From Candidatus Eiseniibacteriota bacterium (GTDB lineage Bacteria > Eisenbacteria > RBG-16-71-46 > CAZAMP01): 64,000 nucleotides of DNA. Made by a program: the position numbers and the translations under genes. The number at the start of each line of letters is the position of its first letter. The first letter of the stretch is position 1. The notes beneath the pieces were generated by a model. The model was given only the letters and a program-made list of their open reading frames with translations, was not told the DNA's origin and did no database searches. The stretch covers positions 480,001-544,000 of the forward strand of contig OZ245046.1 of NCBI GenBank assembly GCA_965224245.1. Direction: 5' to 3'. This document shows, piece by piece, positions 45,082-55,223 of the stretch.

Positions 45082-46146
45082 CTAGGCGTCCTGCAGCGGC
45101 AGATGGATCGAGATGGCCGTCCCGTCGCCTTTGCGACTCGTCACGCTCAGCGTCGCACCCATGCGTCCGAGCCAGTGATCGGCCAGCGGAAGCCCGAGGC
45201 CGCTGCCGTCGCGGCGCGTGGACATGAAGAGCTGCCGGCTGCCCAGCCGCTCCGCCTCGTCCATCCCACCGCCGTCGTCGGACACACGGATCACGACGTG
45301 ATCGTCCCGTATCCGTGCCTCGACCCGGATCTCCCCGCCCGTGATCACCGCCTGCGCGGCGTTCGACAGCACCTCGACCATGGCTGCCTCGAACAGATCC
45401 GGGGAGTGGGAGACGGGTCCCAGCGTGCTCTCGAGGGTCTCGCGAAGCTGGATCCGGTCGTGGCACAGGTCTCGGAAGTGCGAGACGATCCGGCGCAGCG
45501 GTCCCGCCAGATCGCCGGTCCGGAGCCGGTCGTCGAGCGCCAGGTTCTGTCTCCACCGCCGGTTGTAGGCTCCGGTGAGCCGCGCGATCCGATCCACCGA
45601 CTGCGACGTGACGTCCAGCCATGCGTCGAGACCGGGGCTGGGCCGATCCAGCCCCAGCTCGTCCACGAGGCTCTCGACGTTCTGCAGCGGCTGGAGCGCG
45701 TTTCGCACGGCGTGCGTCAGTTGCAGTGCTGCAACGACCCACCAGCGGTCGATCGGGTCCCCGGCCGACCGGCGCGTCACGATCCAGCGCAGTGGGGCCG
45801 GCCGCGGTGCAGTCCGGATCGGCTGAGCCTCCAGATCGACGCGCCTCTCCCCGGACGGCGCGTGTCCGGGCAGCGTCCACGGAGTCGTGCCGGCGAGGTA
45901 CCGGGCGAGCTCGTCGTCGGCGTCGCCGACGGCCAGAACGCCCCCGACCGGCCCCGCGGACGGCGGCCATCGCGAGCCGACGGCGAGGATGCGTCCCCGC
46001 CGCGACACGAGTGCGATCGGGAGGGCGCATGCGCCGACGACCCGACGAGTCCGCCGGTCGCAATCGCGGCTGGAGCGCGGGGCCGGTGCGTCGTCCCGCG
46101 CGCGACGGGCCCGGGCACGCGTGGGGCGGAAGCGGCGTGACGCCAT
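45082..46146 (-). CDS. Sensor histidine kinase (cytoplasmic, divergent)
   Basis: H-box THAVRNAL, N-box EVLSNAAQA, G1 SDDGGGM, G2 DGSGLGL; no TM; start uncertain. Confidence 0.78.
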   Translation of the reverse strand: MASRRFRPTRARARRARDDAPAPRSSRDCDRRTRRVVGACALPIALVSRRGRILAVGSRWPPSAGPVGGVLAVGDADDELARYLAGTTPWTLPGHAPSGERRVDLEAQPIRTAPRPAPLRWIVTRRSAGDPIDRWWVVAALQLTHAVRNALQPLQNVESLVDELGLDRPSPGLDAWLDVTSQSVDRIARLTGAYNRRWRQNLALDDRLRTGDLAGPLRRIVSHFRDLCHDRIQLRETLESTLGPVSHSPDLFEAAMVEVLSNAAQAVITGGEIRVEARIRDDHVVIRVSDDGGGMDEAERLGSRQLFMSTRRDGSGLGLPLADHWLGRMGATLSVTSRKGDGTAISIHLPLQDA

Positions 46147-46363
46147 CGGCGAACCTCTCGGGGGAATCGGTCTCTCGCGTCCCGGATGGTGGGTTCCGGT
46201 GTCCCGCGATGTCCAGCGAAACCACGTGGGGAGGCCCCGCGATTCGGTGTGTTCCGCCGGGGACGGCCGGGCTATACTCGCGTGTTCAGCAATCGGGTGC
46301 CGCTCGGGCTCGAGGCGCTACCCTGCCGCCTCGTCGAGGCGGCACGTTCAAAGGACTCCGACG

Positions 46364-46765
46364 ATGTTGGAACGACTCAGAGACGAGCTGTTCGAGGAGC
46401 CGTCGCGGCGCCGCCACGAGCGACCGATGGTGATCTCGGTTCTGGCCATCTATTACCTGTTGAACCCGCTTCTCTACGTGTTCTCGATCAGCCAGGACAA
46501 GGTCTTTCTGAACTTCGGCGTCCCGGGATGGCGCTTCGCCCTCTTGTATTGCATCGGCGCGCCGCTTCTGGGATACCTCTTGTGGAACCTCCGCGTGCGT
46601 TCCCACGTCGCGCTCTACTGCTTTCTCGCGTTCGAGGTCGTCCGCGGCGCGCGGCACGGCATCTGGAGCGTCGTGCTGGTCGGGCTGGCCGTCCTCATCT
46701 ACGCCGTGCGCGAGCCGATCCGAGAGCTCTTCTCTCCTCGTGGTCGCGAAGCGCATCGGGGCTGA
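46364..46765 (+). CDS. Hypothetical small membrane protein (about 4 TM)
   Basis: ATG after AAGGA; 133 aa with four hydrophobic segments; fills the gap before dnaE. Confidence 0.7.
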   Translation: MLERLRDELFEEPSRRRHERPMVISVLAIYYLLNPLLYVFSISQDKVFLNFGVPGWRFALLYCIGAPLLGYLLWNLRVRSHVALYCFLAFEVVRGARHGIWSVVLVGLAVLIYAVREPIRELFSPRGREAHRG

Positions 46766-46885
46766 CGCCGCGCTCCGGCGGTGCCGGCCACCTCGGCCGG
46801 CCCGCGGCCACCGCACCGTGAGATCGACATGCCTCGTGACCGCGACCCACGTCGTGCGCGACCCCGGTCGCGGTGAGGGAGACTG

Positions 46886-49800
46886 ATGCCGGCGCCGTTC
46901 GTCCATCTGCACAATCACTCCCAGTACAGCCTGCTCGACGGCGCGTGCAAGCTGGACCATCTCGTCCGCAGGGCCTCCGAGATGGACATGCCGGCGATTG
47001 CGCTCACCGACCACGGCAACATGTTCGGCGCGGTTCACTTCTACGAGAAGGCGCACAAGGCCGGCGTCAAGCCGATCATCGGGTGCGAGGCGTACGTGGC
47101 CGAAGGGTCGCACACCGACCGCACGCGCAAGACGTCCTATCACCTCGTCCTCCTGGCCGAGAACGAGGTCGGCTACAAGAACCTGATGAAGCTGTGCACG
47201 CGCGCGTACCTGGACGGGTTCTACTACAAGCCGCGCATCGACCTCGATCTCCTGGCCCAGCACGCCGAGGGGCTCATCGGACTGTCGGCCTGCCTGCAGG
47301 GGCAGATCAATCAGGCGCTCCTGCGCGAGGACCTCGCCCGGGCCGAGGCTCTCGCCGGGCGGTTCGTCGAGGTGCTGGGGCGCGGCAACTTCTTCATCGA
47401 GCTGCAGGACCATGGGATCGACGCCGAGCAGCGCCTCCACCGCCCGCAGCTCGAGCTGGCCCGGCGACTCGACATCCCGCTGGTGGCCACGAACGATTGC
47501 CACTACCTCGAGAAGCAGCACGCGGCGGCGCACGACTGCCTCATGTGCATCCAGACGGGCAAGACCATCTCCGACACCAATCGCATGCGGCACGAGACCG
47601 ATGCCCTGTTCATCAAGTCGCCCGAGGAGATGGCCGCGCTGTTCGGAGAGGTACCCGAGTCGCTCTCGAACACGCTGGCCATCGCCGAGCGCTGCAACGT
47701 CACGCTCGACATGTCCACGCTGCACCTGCCGGTGTTCGACCTGCCGGCGGGATTCGACGATGCCGACTCGTACCTGTCGCATCTGTGTCACGAGGGGCTG
47801 GTCCGCCGCTACGGGGCTCCATCGGACACCGTGCGCTCGCGGCTCGACTACGAGCTCGGCGTGATCCGCCAGATGGGCTATGCCGGGTACTTCCTGATCG
47901 TGCAGGACTTCATCCGTCATGCGCGCGAGAACGCCATCCCCGTCGGTCCCGGCCGCGGGTCGGCCGCCGGCTCGCTGGTCGCGTACACGTCGGGCATCAC
48001 GAACATCGATCCGATGCGCTACGACCTGCTCTTCGAGCGCTTCCTCAATCCCGAGCGCGTATCGATGCCCGACATCGACATCGACTTCTCCGATCGCGGC
48101 CGGGCCGACGTGATCGACTACACCGTGGAGAAGTACGGCCAGGACTCCGTGGCGCAGATCATCACCTTCGGAACGATGGCGGCGCGCGCGGTCATCCGGG
48201 ACGTCGGCCGCGCGATGAGCATGTCCTTCTCCGAGGTCGACAAGATCGCCAAGATGGTGCCGGCCGAGCTCGGGATCACGCTCGAGAAGGCCATCGAGAG
48301 CTCACCCGATCTGAAGGAGGCCGCGGCCAAGGACGCCAGGGTGGCCGAGCTGCTCTCGCACGCCCAGGTGCTCGAGGGGCTCTCGCGGCACGCGTCGACA
48401 CACGCCGCGGGCGTCGTGATCACGCCGGGGCCCATCGACGAGTTCGTTCCGCTCTACAAGTCGACCAAGGACGAGATCACCACCCAGTTCGACATGAAGG
48501 CCGTCGAGAAGATCGGCCTGTTGAAGATGGACTTCCTCGGTCTGCGGACGCTGACCGTCATCGAGGACGCCGTGCGCATGATCGCCGAGAACCGGGGCGT
48601 CACGCTCGATCCCGACCAGGTACCGCTGGACGACCCCAAGGTCTTCGATCTGCTCTCGTCGGGGGCCACGGTCGCCGTCTTCCAGTTCGAGTCCAGCGGC
48701 ATGCGCGAGTATCTGCGGAAGCTCAAGCCCGATCGTTTCGAGGACCTGATCGCGATGAACGCGCTGTACCGGCCCGGACCGCTGGGCAGCGGCATGGTCG
48801 ACGACTACATCGAGCGCCGGCACGGCCGGGCCGAGATCGAGTATCTCCACCCGGCGCTCGAGCCGATCCTCGAGTCCACGTACGGCGTCATCTGCTACCA
48901 GGAGCAGGTGATGAAGATCGCGTCGGACCTGGCGGGCTACACGCTGGGAGCGGCCGATCTGCTCCGGCGGGCGATGGGCAAGAAGATCGCCGCCGAGATG
49001 CAGAAGCAGCGCTCGGTCTTCCTCGCGGGCACGACCGAGCGCGGCATCGACAAGCGAACGGCCAACGCCATCTTCGACCTGATGGAGTACTTCGCCGGCT
49101 ACGGGTTCAACAAGAGCCATTCCGCGGGGTACGCGTTCGTGGCCTACCAGACCGCGTACCTGAAGGCCCACCATCCGGTCGAGTTCATGGCCGCCTCGAT
49201 GTCCAGCGAGATGAACAGCTCCGATCGCATCCTGGTGTTCATGAACGACTGCCGGCGGATGTCGGTTCCGGTGGACCCTCCCGACGTCAACGCGTCCGGC
49301 GAGGGATTCGTGGCGGTGGGCGATCGCATTCGCTTCGGTCTGGCCGCGGTCAAGGGCGTGGGGCGTGGCGCGGTACACTCGATCGTGGAGGCCCGCGATC
49401 GGGTCGGGCGCTTCGAGAACCTCGACCACTTCTGCTGGGAGGTCGACCTATCCTCGGTGAACAAGAAGGCCCTCGAGGGCCTCATCCATGCCGGCGCGAT
49501 GGACGCCTTCTGCGACGATCGGGCCCGCCTCGCCGCCGGCATGTCGGACATCGTGGACCGCGTCTCGCGGCGCAAACGCGAAGAGGAGCTCGGTCAGACC
49601 TCGCTCTTCGGCAACCTCGGTGATGCGGGGCCGATCGCGGCCAGCCCTCTGCCGCGGGCCGAGCCGTGGGCGATGGACGAGCGCCTGCGCCTCGAGAAGG
49701 CGGCGCTGGGCTTCTACGTGTCCGGTCACCCGCTGGACGCCGTGGAGCGCGAGCTGAAGTCGCTCTCCAACGTGAACGCGGAGGGACTGGACCACGTCGC

Positions 49801-50338
49801 GGACGGGCATCCGGTCACGATCGGCGGCATCATCACCGGCGTGAAGCGGCAGTTCGACAAGAAGGGCAACACGATGGCTCGGGTGAGCGTCGAGGATTTT
49901 TCCGGATCGTTCACATGTCTGGTGTTCTCGAAGACCTACGAGAGCGTATCCTCGTTGATCGCCGACGAGGCGCGGCTCCTGATCACCGGACGCGCGTCGG
50001 CGCGGGAAGGCGAGCGCGCGACCGTGATCGCCGATTCGTTCACGCCGCTGGCCGAGGCGTTTCGCGGGCTGGATCTGCACATCCGGCTGGCCAGGGCCGA
50101 GGCCGAGTGGTCGCTCGACGATCTGAAGACGCTCCTCGAGGAGTACGAGGGGCGCTCGCGCGTGGTCTTGCACCTGGCCAATCCGGACGACCCGGACGCG
50201 CGGCCGGTGATCATTCGATTGAAGCGAACGTACGTGGATCCCGACCCGGCGCTCGTGGAGCGGCTCAAGGCCGTGCTCGGGGCGGAGTCGGTCTGGCTGG
50301 CCGGTGGAGGCCCGGTGGGAGCGTTGCTGAATGCCTGA
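46886..50338 (+). CDS. dnaE: DNA polymerase III subunit alpha
   Basis: PHP HLHNHSQYSLLDG, GPGRGSAAGS, PDIDIDF, KMDFLGL, FQFES, FNKSH, OB fold. Confidence 0.98.
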   Translation: MPAPFVHLHNHSQYSLLDGACKLDHLVRRASEMDMPAIALTDHGNMFGAVHFYEKAHKAGVKPIIGCEAYVAEGSHTDRTRKTSYHLVLLAENEVGYKNLMKLCTRAYLDGFYYKPRIDLDLLAQHAEGLIGLSACLQGQINQALLREDLARAEALAGRFVEVLGRGNFFIELQDHGIDAEQRLHRPQLELARRLDIPLVATNDCHYLEKQHAAAHDCLMCIQTGKTISDTNRMRHETDALFIKSPEEMAALFGEVPESLSNTLAIAERCNVTLDMSTLHLPVFDLPAGFDDADSYLSHLCHEGLVRRYGAPSDTVRSRLDYELGVIRQMGYAGYFLIVQDFIRHARENAIPVGPGRGSAAGSLVAYTSGITNIDPMRYDLLFERFLNPERVSMPDIDIDFSDRGRADVIDYTVEKYGQDSVAQIITFGTMAARAVIRDVGRAMSMSFSEVDKIAKMVPAELGITLEKAIESSPDLKEAAAKDARVAELLSHAQVLEGLSRHASTHAAGVVITPGPIDEFVPLYKSTKDEITTQFDMKAVEKIGLLKMDFLGLRTLTVIEDAVRMIAENRGVTLDPDQVPLDDPKVFDLLSSGATVAVFQFESSGMREYLRKLKPDRFEDLIAMNALYRPGPLGSGMVDDYIERRHGRAEIEYLHPALEPILESTYGVICYQEQVMKIASDLAGYTLGAADLLRRAMGKKIAAEMQKQRSVFLAGTTERGIDKRTANAIFDLMEYFAGYGFNKSHSAGYAFVAYQTAYLKAHHPVEFMAASMSSEMNSSDRILVFMNDCRRMSVPVDPPDVNASGEGFVAVGDRIRFGLAAVKGVGRGAVHSIVEARDRVGRFENLDHFCWEVDLSSVNKKALEGLIHAGAMDAFCDDRARLAAGMSDIVDRVSRRKREEELGQTSLFGNLGDAGPIAASPLPRAEPWAMDERLRLEKAALGFYVSGHPLDAVERELKSLSNVNAEGLDHVADGHPVTIGGIITGVKRQFDKKGNTMARVSVEDFSGSFTCLVFSKTYESVSSLIADEARLLITGRASAREGERATVIADSFTPLAEAFRGLDLHIRLARAEAEWSLDDLKTLLEEYEGRSRVVLHLANPDDPDARPVIIRLKRTYVDPDPALVERLKAVLGAESVWLAGGGPVGALLNA

Positions 50339-51158
50339 TCGTGCGGATCTTCACATGCACTCGCACCATTCCGACGGCCTGCACGAGCCGGAGGCGCTCG
50401 TCGAGATGGCGGTCGGGGCCGGGTTGCGGGCGATCGCGCTGACCGATCATGATACCGTCACCGGCTGGCCGGCCTTCGCCGCCGCCTGTGACGGGGCCGG
50501 GATCGAGGCGATTCCGGGCGTCGAGCTCTCCGGCCGATTCAGGGAGCGCGACGCCCACGTCCTGGGTTACTTCGTACGGCCCGACGACCCCGCGCTCGGG
50601 ACCGCACTGGAGCGGTTTCGCCGGGACCGGGCCGAGCGCGGCCGCGAGATGGTGAGACGGTTGAACGGCATCGGAGTCGGGCTCTCGTACGCGGCCGTCG
50701 AGCGGGGTGCCGGGGACGCCGTCATCGGCCGCCCGCACGTGGCCGACGCCCTCTGCGGGGGCGGTTTCGTGCGGACCTACGACGAGGCGTTCAAGCGCTA
50801 CCTGGGTCTGAACAAGCCGGCCTACGTGGCCAAGACGGCATTCGGGGTCGACGAGGCCATCGCGCTGATCCATGCCGCCGGAGGGCTCGCCGTGCTGGCC
50901 CACCCCGGTGGTCACTACAGCGCGGAGGACATCGAGGACATGGTCGGGAACGGGCTCGACGGGGTCGAGATCGTCCACCCTAGACACACTTCGCAACTCA
51001 CGCAGTTGTATGCGGACATTGCGTATCGACACGGACTCGTCACCACGGGAGGATCGGACTTCCACGGTTCCACCCGCGGGTCCGCTCTGGTGGGAGATCC
51101 GGGGATCGACTACACGGTCGTGGAGACGCTGAAGGAGCGTGCATCATGGGCACGATGA
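50331..51158 (+). CDS. PHP-domain phosphoesterase (TrpH/YciV-like)
   Basis: DLHMHSHHSDG, ALTDHDT, GVELS, GRPH, LAHP, GGSDFHG. Confidence 0.9.
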   Translation: MPDRADLHMHSHHSDGLHEPEALVEMAVGAGLRAIALTDHDTVTGWPAFAAACDGAGIEAIPGVELSGRFRERDAHVLGYFVRPDDPALGTALERFRRDRAERGREMVRRLNGIGVGLSYAAVERGAGDAVIGRPHVADALCGGGFVRTYDEAFKRYLGLNKPAYVAKTAFGVDEAIALIHAAGGLAVLAHPGGHYSAEDIEDMVGNGLDGVEIVHPRHTSQLTQLYADIAYRHGLVTTGGSDFHGSTRGSALVGDPGIDYTVVETLKERASWAR

Positions 51159-51571
51159 AGTACTGGATCGGTGCGCTGCTGGTGGTCGCCGCGGTCGGCT
51201 ACCTCGCCATCACCGCCGCCGACAAGAACATGGTCACCTACCTGACGATCTCGGACGTGATGGCCGACCCCGCCGTCGCCTCCGATACGGGGGTTCGGGT
51301 CACCGGTCACGTCGCGGAGGGAACGATCCAGGTACGGGGCCCGCGCGAGGTGGCGTTCATCGTCGAGGGCGACGGACACAACCTCCCGGCGGTCTACCGG
51401 GGTGCGGTGCCCGACACGTTCAAGGACGGCGCCGAGGTCGTGCTCGAGGGACGGATGGACGCCAACGGCGAGTTCCAGGCGACCACGCTCCTGGCCAAGT
51501 GCCCGTCGAAGTACGAGGCCGAGGGCTATCCGGACGGTACGCCATACGAGAAGAAGGACGACGGCGTCTGA
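51146..51571 (+). CDS. ccmE: Cytochrome c maturation heme chaperone CcmE (CxxxY type)
   Basis: N-terminal TM, YRGAVPDTF..VVLEG, LLAKCPSKY. Confidence 0.92.
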   Translation: MGTMKYWIGALLVVAAVGYLAITAADKNMVTYLTISDVMADPAVASDTGVRVTGHVAEGTIQVRGPREVAFIVEGDGHNLPAVYRGAVPDTFKDGAEVVLEGRMDANGEFQATTLLAKCPSKYEAEGYPDGTPYEKKDDGV

Positions 51572-51653
51572 TCCGACTCGACGGGGCGGGACCCGGCGAG
51601 CCCGAACCCGAAACCCCAAGGACACACCGACCGAGCGACAGGGGCGCTGACGA

Positions 51654-53660
51654 ATGACCACTCTGGGATCCTGGGCCATCGTGGCCGCACTCTTGACGGC
51701 CGTCTACGCACTCGTGGCGTCGGTGGCCGGTGCCAGGCTCCGGCGCCCCGGGCTCACGCAGAGCGCCGAGAACGCCGTGCTGGCGGTCGCGTTCTTCACC
51801 ACGCTCGCGGTCGCCGGTATCGAGTACGCCATCCACACGAACGACTTCTCGCTCGCGTTCGTGGCATCCAACTCCAGCCGCGACCTTCCCGCGTTCTACA
51901 AGTGGACCGCGCTGTGGGGGGGCATGGAGGGATCGCTCCTGTTCTGGGTGTGGATCCTGTCGCTCTACGCCGGGGCCGTGGTCCTGCAGGGACGCCAGGG
52001 GGTCGAGGCCCTGATGCCGTACACGATCGCGACCCTGATGGTGATCGCGATCTTCTTCCTGTACGTCATCCAGGCCCTGGAGAGCCCGTACGAGCGGCTG
52101 GCGTTCGTCCCGCCCGACGGGCGGGGTCTGAACCCGCTCCTGCAGGACCCTGGGATGTCGTTCCACCCACCGACGCTGTACCTGGGGTTCATCGGGACGT
52201 CGGTGCCGTTCGCGTTCGCGATGGCGGCTCTGTTCACCGGGCGGCTCGACTCGATGTGGATCACCCGAACGCGCAAGTGGGCTCTCTCGGCGTGGATCTT
52301 CCTGACGCTCGGCAACCTGCTCGGTGGGTGGTGGGCCTACCACGTGCTCGGGTGGGGCGGCTACTGGGGCTGGGATCCCGTCGAGAACTCCGCGTTCCTG
52401 CCCTGGCTCGTCATCACGGCCTACCTGCACTCGATTCAGATCGAGGAGCGCCGGGGCATGCTTCGCTCGTGGAACATGCTCCTGATCGTCTTCGCATGGA
52501 TCCTGACCATCCTGGCCACGTTCCTCACCCGCAGCGGCGTGATCACGTCCGTGCACTCGTTCGCCGAGGGGCCCATCGGCCGCTACTTCCTCGGGTTCAT
52601 CATCTTCTCGCTCGCGATCTCGCTGGGGATGATCCTGCACCGGGCGCCGCTGTTGAAGAGCCGCGAGCGGCTTCAGTCGTTGTTCTCGCGTGAAGCCACG
52701 TTCCTCTTGAACAACCTCGTGCTCGTCTGCGGGGCGTTCGCCGTGCTCTGGGGCACGTTGTTCCCGATTCTCTCCGAGGCGGTCACCGGCTCGAAGATCA
52801 CGATCAGCGCGCCGTTCTTCCTCCGGATCATGATCCCGATCGGCATCGTGACGTTGCTGCTGATGGGCATCGGTCCCCTGATCGCCTGGCGCCGGGCCAC
52901 GCGTCACAACGTCCGCCGGAACTTCGTGGTGCCGGGCGTGATCGGCGTGGCGAGCGCGCTGGTGCTCGCGTTCGGGATGGGCGTGCACCGGGTCGACGCG
53001 CTCTTCGCGTGGGCGATCGGCGTGTTCGTGCTCGCGGGGATCGTCATCGAGTTCGAGCGCGGCATTCGCACGCGCATGCGCATGGCACGCGAGAACGCGG
53101 TCAGTGCGGGGGTCCGGATGGTGGCCCGCTCGCGGCGCCGTTTCGGCGGCTACATCGTGCACGTCGGAATCGTGATCACGTTCTGCGGGTTCGCCGGGAG
53201 CGCTTACAACCGCCAGCTGGAGGCCGACATGCACGTGGGCGACACCGCCAGCGTGGCCGGCTACGACTTCGTCTTCGAGGGGCTCCACAGCGACGAGATC
53301 GACAACTACGAGCGCCTGCAAGCCCGGCTCTTGCTCCAGCAGGACGGCCGGTCGGTCGCGCGCCTGTACCCCGAGTTCCGCTTCTACACCCGACCCGAGG
53401 AGCAGCGGCACACCCGGGTCGCGATCCTCTCGAGCTTCTCGCGGGACATCTACGTGTACATGGCCGGCTTCGACGGAGACCTGCTGTCGGTCGACATCCA
53501 CGTCAATCCGCTCGTGTCCTGGGTCTGGGGTGGGGGGATCATCACACTGGCCGGTACGCTGATCGCGATGTGGCCCTCGCGACGGCGCGCGCGAGAGATG
53601 CACGGTATCTACGGCGACACGTTCTCGGAGTCCACCGACGGGCGCGCCCTGTCGGCCTAG
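51654..53660 (+). CDS. ccmF: Cytochrome c heme lyase CcmF
   Basis: WGGMEGSLL, GLNPLLQ, HPP, WWD motif WAYHVLGWGGYWGWDPVEN, RSG..SVHSF. Confidence 0.96.
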   Translation: MTTLGSWAIVAALLTAVYALVASVAGARLRRPGLTQSAENAVLAVAFFTTLAVAGIEYAIHTNDFSLAFVASNSSRDLPAFYKWTALWGGMEGSLLFWVWILSLYAGAVVLQGRQGVEALMPYTIATLMVIAIFFLYVIQALESPYERLAFVPPDGRGLNPLLQDPGMSFHPPTLYLGFIGTSVPFAFAMAALFTGRLDSMWITRTRKWALSAWIFLTLGNLLGGWWAYHVLGWGGYWGWDPVENSAFLPWLVITAYLHSIQIEERRGMLRSWNMLLIVFAWILTILATFLTRSGVITSVHSFAEGPIGRYFLGFIIFSLAISLGMILHRAPLLKSRERLQSLFSREATFLLNNLVLVCGAFAVLWGTLFPILSEAVTGSKITISAPFFLRIMIPIGIVTLLLMGIGPLIAWRRATRHNVRRNFVVPGVIGVASALVLAFGMGVHRVDALFAWAIGVFVLAGIVIEFERGIRTRMRMARENAVSAGVRMVARSRRRFGGYIVHVGIVITFCGFAGSAYNRQLEADMHVGDTASVAGYDFVFEGLHSDEIDNYERLQARLLLQQDGRSVARLYPEFRFYTRPEEQRHTRVAILSSFSRDIYVYMAGFDGDLLSVDIHVNPLVSWVWGGGIITLAGTLIAMWPSRRRAREMHGIYGDTFSESTDGRALSA

Positions 53661-53677
53661 CAGAAGGGACTGCCGTT

Positions 53678-54064
53678 TTGCCCCCGATCTGGTTCCTGTT
53701 CGCGGTGATGTGCGCGCTGTGGGCGCTGTACGTCTTCCGGCCCGTGCTGCGGGCAACGTCGCACGCGGAGAGCGAGCGCACTCGGCTCGAGGAGGAGAAG
53801 CGCGGCCTCCTGTTCGCGATCCGCGACGCCGAGGCCGATCACGTCGCGGGAAAGCTGTCGGACGAGGATCATGCCCGGGCCCGCGACGCACTCGAGCGCC
53901 GTGCCGCCCGGATCATCGCGGCGCTGGACGCACTTCCCGACGCGGGTGGCACCTCGGTGACCTCCCTGGAGGGCGCGCTCCGGCGTCTCCGAGAACGCGG
54001 TGCGGTGTCCGGCCGCGGGCGCAAGGGCCGCTCCCGCGCGACGGTGAAGGTGGATGATGCCTGA
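53678..54064 (+). CDS. Small membrane protein resembling the N-terminal part of CcmI
   Basis: TTG start after AAGGGA; one TM, then AIRDAEADHVAGKLSDEDH. Confidence 0.65.
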   Translation: MPPIWFLFAVMCALWALYVFRPVLRATSHAESERTRLEEEKRGLLFAIRDAEADHVAGKLSDEDHARARDALERRAARIIAALDALPDAGGTSVTSLEGALRRLRERGAVSGRGRKGRSRATVKVDDA

Positions 54065-55223
54065 CGCGTTCATGGCGACCCATCGGTCGCGCGCAGATGT
54101 AGCGAGCGTGCTCGCGACCGCGGCGATCTTGTCGATCGCGGCGATCGTGCCCGGACCGGCCGACGCGGCCGAGCTGACGGGTCGTGTGCTGAACGGATCG
54201 GAGCCGGACTCCGGCGTGGCCGATCTCGAGGTCCGGCTGATGGGCCGGCTGGCCACGGGGGAGCGTCTGGATCGTGTCACGACCACGCGAGCCGACGGCG
54301 GGTTCGGGTTCGCCGAGCTACCCGGCGACACCGCCGACGTGTACGTGCTCAGCACCAACTTCAAGGGCGTCGACTACGTCTCGCGCTTCCTCGACTTCAC
54401 GCTGGGTGTTCCCGGGATCGAGACCAACTTCGTCGTATACGACGTGACGGACGATCCGGGCATCCTCCGGCTGGAAGGGCACCACTACATCGTCGACGCG
54501 CAGTCCGACCCCCGGTCGGTGCTCGTCACCGAGGTGGTCGCGATCGCGAACGACACGGCTCGTACGTTCCAGTCCCACCAGCCGCTGATCTTTCCGCTGC
54601 CCCCGTCGGCCACCAGCTTCGAGGCGCTCGACGGCTTCGACGGCGCCTACGTCGAGCACGGGGGCGTTCACCTGGCCGCGGACATCCAGCCGGGCCGGTT
54701 CGACGCGGCGTTCCGGTATCTCCTTCCCGCATCGGCACCTCTGGAGGTGTCGTTTCCGGGTGGGGGGCTGCCCGCCGACGAGATCAGCCTCCTGATCGCC
54801 CCGACCGACATCGACGTCTCCGGTGACGGCCTGTCGTTCACACGATCGGTCCCTCTTCAGGAGAACATGCTCTTCGATCGCTACGCGGTGACCACGTCGT
54901 CGCCCGCGGGCGCTTTCAGGTTCCGCGCGGCCGTCGAACGCCCGTCGGCCGCAGCGCCGTGGATCATCTCGGTGTGTATGCTGGCCGCGTTCGGACTCCT
55001 CGTCTTCGCGCGCGAGCATCGGGAGGCGCGGGCCCCGCTCAGCGCGGACGTCCGCGCGCTCGTCCGGGACCGGGATCGCCACCTCGCCGCCGTGGTCGAT
55101 CTCGAGCGCGCGCATGCCGCCGGCTCCATCGACGATGCCGCGTTCGAGCGCGACCGCGAGCGACTGATGATCAAGGCGGGAGCGGTCCAGGAGCTTCTCG
55201 AGGCGCGTGCGGAGTCGTCGTGA
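54054..55223 (+). CDS. Uncharacterised periplasmic beta-sandwich protein with C-terminal TM and CcmI-like tail
   Basis: Signal peptide; carboxypeptidase-regulatory-like LTGRV..TRADGGFGF; TM WIISVCMLAAFGLLVFA; tail DLERAHAAGSIDDAAF. Confidence 0.7.
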   Translation: MMPDAFMATHRSRADVASVLATAAILSIAAIVPGPADAAELTGRVLNGSEPDSGVADLEVRLMGRLATGERLDRVTTTRADGGFGFAELPGDTADVYVLSTNFKGVDYVSRFLDFTLGVPGIETNFVVYDVTDDPGILRLEGHHYIVDAQSDPRSVLVTEVVAIANDTARTFQSHQPLIFPLPPSATSFEALDGFDGAYVEHGGVHLAADIQPGRFDAAFRYLLPASAPLEVSFPGGGLPADEISLLIAPTDIDVSGDGLSFTRSVPLQENMLFDRYAVTTSSPAGAFRFRAAVERPSAAAPWIISVCMLAAFGLLVFAREHREARAPLSADVRALVRDRDRHLAAVVDLERAHAAGSIDDAAFERDRERLMIKAGAVQELLEARAESS

